NCBI GenBank assembly: GCA_963716205.1
Contig: OY970290.1
Coordinates: 175,417 to 239,416 of the forward strand
Length of the DNA: 64,000 bases
DNA from: an uncultured bacterium
GTDB taxonomy: Bacteria > Patescibacteriota > Minisyncoccia > Phycocordibacterales > GWA1-40-21
Direction: 5' to 3'
The notes under the pieces are model-generated. The model was not told where the DNA came from and did no database searches. It worked only from the letters and a program-made list of their open reading frames with translations. The first letter of the stretch is position 1, and every line of letters begins with the position of its first letter. The position numbers were made by a program, and so were the translations under genes. Of the stretch, positions 62,102-64,000 are shown one piece after another.

Positions 62102-62392
62102 CTATTTTATTTTAGCTATTCCTTTAGCAAACCAATCATTCTTTTTTCTTAGTCGTTCAAAAATTCTTCTCTTTAGATATTCCTTACTTTTTCGCCGGAT
62201 CCATTCGGCGGGCGTCTCAGAAGGAATTTTTACGGTGAAATCTGCAGATTCTATTTGTACCAAGGTTAAAACTTCTTTCACGGTCTTTTTCCACAATTTC
62301 TCGTGAAAGGGTAAATTTTTCTGGAACTCTTTCAAGAGTCCATTAACCTTTTTCTCTAACTTTTTGAGTTTCTTTCTTTTTCCCTTTATCAC
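62102..62392 (-). CDS. Basic orphan protein
   Basis: SD GAAAGGAGG before GTG; hairpin 62061-62084. Confidence 0.6.
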   Translation of the reverse strand: MIKGKRKKLKKLEKKVNGLLKEFQKNLPFHEKLWKKTVKEVLTLVQIESADFTVKIPSETPAEWIRRKSKEYLKRRIFERLRKKNDWFAKGIAKIK

Positions 62393-62605
62393 ATGAACCT
62401 CCTTTCTAATTTAGATAAACTGAAAAAACAAAAACTTCCTCTTCGCGAAACTCTTTGTTAATGACTGTCAAAAACTTCTTCACATCAGCAAGACATTTTT
62501 TACTTTCTTGGCTGATTTCGCGAGCCTCGACAAGAATATCTTTTAATGTTTTCAAGAAATCCTCCAGAGTTGAGTTGATCCGTTTGCTATGGTATAACAC
62601 TAACA

Positions 62606-63814
62606 ATGAACAGTCAAGATTTCAAAAAAATCAATCTGCCGGATGAGCCGGGAGTTTATCTCTTCAAAAAAGGGAAGGAGATTTTGTATATCGGCAAAGC
62701 GACGTCGCTCCGTGAACGGGTAAAAAGTTATTTTGCTGCCGACTTGATCGCCACACGCGGACCGTTGCTTGTCGATATGGTTTTCCAGGCGGACAAAATC
62801 AATTTCATCCAGACCGACTCTGTTATCGAAGCGCTTATTTTGGAAAGTAATCTGATCAAAAAGCATCAGCCGCGATACAACACAAAAGAAAAAGATGATC
62901 GCAGCTACAATTATGTCGTGATCACCAAAGAAGATTTCCCCAGAGTTTTGATAGAACGGGGGAAGAATTTGAAGATGAACACCCTGAAACTGAAAGCGAC
63001 ATACGGACCGTTCACGAATGGTACCCAGCTCAAAGACGCGATGAAAATCATCCGCAAGATTTTCCCTTTTCTTGATAATTATTCCGAAAAGAAAACCGGC
63101 TATAGATTTTACCGGGAGATCGGACTCGCACCGGAAGTTGGAAGCAGTGAAGCGAAAAAAGAGTATGCACAGACGATCAAAAACCTCATGTTATTTTTTG
63201 CAGGCAAGAAAACGAGTATTATTAAAAAATTGGAAAAAGAAATGAAAATATATGCCACAAAACAGGAATTCGAAAAAGCTGATGCGGTGAAAAAAACAAT
63301 ATTTGTGCTCAATCATATTCAGGACGTCGCGCTTATCAAATCTGATTTTTCCGGAGAAAAATTACAGGATACTTTCCGGATCGAAGCGTATGATGTGGCA
63401 CATACGAGCGGGACAAATACTGTCGGCGTGATGACGGTTATAGAAAACGGAAAGATAAATAAAAATGAATACAGAAAATTTAAAATAAATAACAGCATTC
63501 AAAATGACGTTGCTGGACTTTCTGAAATGCTTGAACGACGGCTCAAACACAACGAATGGCAATTCCCAAATATGATTGTTGTCGATGGATCAATTGCTCA
63601 GAAAAATATTGCGGAAAAAATTGTGAAAAATTTTAGAGCAAAAATTGCAGTTATTGCCGTAACGAAAGACGAACGACATCGACCAAAAAGCATTCAGGGC
63701 AGGGAAGATATTATCGAAAAATATAAAAAAGACATTTTGCTTGCCAATAGCGAAGCACATCGCTTTGTCGTCAAATATCACAGGGAAAAGAGAAACAAAA
63801 GTTCTCTTTTGTAA
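62606..63814 (+). CDS. uvrC: Excinuclease ABC subunit C, short form
   Basis: GIY-YIG (PGVY..YIGKA..RV), UVR motif, RIEAYDVAH..VVDGS; no C-terminal HhH. Confidence 0.92.
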   Translation: MNSQDFKKINLPDEPGVYLFKKGKEILYIGKATSLRERVKSYFAADLIATRGPLLVDMVFQADKINFIQTDSVIEALILESNLIKKHQPRYNTKEKDDRSYNYVVITKEDFPRVLIERGKNLKMNTLKLKATYGPFTNGTQLKDAMKIIRKIFPFLDNYSEKKTGYRFYREIGLAPEVGSSEAKKEYAQTIKNLMLFFAGKKTSIIKKLEKEMKIYATKQEFEKADAVKKTIFVLNHIQDVALIKSDFSGEKLQDTFRIEAYDVAHTSGTNTVGVMTVIENGKINKNEYRKFKINNSIQNDVAGLSEMLERRLKHNEWQFPNMIVVDGSIAQKNIAEKIVKNFRAKIAVIAVTKDERHRPKSIQGREDIIEKYKKDILLANSEAHRFVVKYHREKRNKSSLL

Positions 63815-63911
63815 TGTTTCTTGACAAGTTTAATATTATTTGCTATAATTAAATCAGATGAATGAAAAATTTTGATCAATTTCATTCGAATTTGAAATGA
63901 GGAGGAAACAA

Positions 63912-64000
63912 ATGAAAATGTTAAAGATTTTATGCCTTTTTTTCTTGGGTGTTACGGTATTTTCCACAGTAGAATTTTCTCTCGGATTTTATCCACTCAT
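63912..64000 (+). CDS. Start of an orphan with a hydrophobic N-terminus (runs off the window end)
   Basis: TTGACA-17-TATAAT (63821-63849), SD GAGGAGG, MKMLKILCLFFLGVTVF. Confidence 0.65.
   Translation, partial: MKMLKILCLFFLGVTVFSTVEFSLGFYPL

Noticed and set aside
62406-62606. 66-aa minus-strand ORF before uvrC
   Set aside because: Its start overlaps the uvrC promoter and start and it has no SD; at most a remnant.

Overview
This is a mostly housekeeping region of a small-genome bacterium. Gene content and style point to Patescibacteria/CPR, probably Parcubacteria (inference): trimmed PheS/PheT, short SMC and UvrC, NusB-Nudix fusion, rpsP-khpA-trmD without rimM, and many small orphan genes. 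It contains obg, gatB, rpiB-rpe-fba, rplY, rpmE, prfA, rpsB-tsf, tRNA-Thr(TGT), pheST, gyrB, a sortase, thrS, dnaE, a frameshifted rnhB, rpmF-nusB-rnc-smc, rnr, rpsP-khpA-trmD, PIF1-like and DEAD-box helicases, a P-type ATPase, tgt and uvrB/uvrA/uvrC. The top finding is a ~145-aa NlpC/P60 cysteine-peptidase domain with an intact Cys-His-His triad inserted in frame inside PheT domain B5, followed immediately by a cytoplasmic C39-like peptidase gene. Other notable items: (1) a nucleotidyltransferase + TIR gene pair at the uvrB 3' end, with a duplicated uvrB tail; (2) a deaminase-nucleotidyltransferase fusion; (3) a 21-aa Lys-rich micro-ORF with its own promoter and terminator; (4) two kinds of expression signal, with leaderless core genes and self-contained orphan cassettes carrying a promoter, SD, sometimes a boxA-like motif, and a terminator; (5) REP-like and three-way-junction palindromic elements. 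All calls come from reading motifs by eye; no database searches were run.
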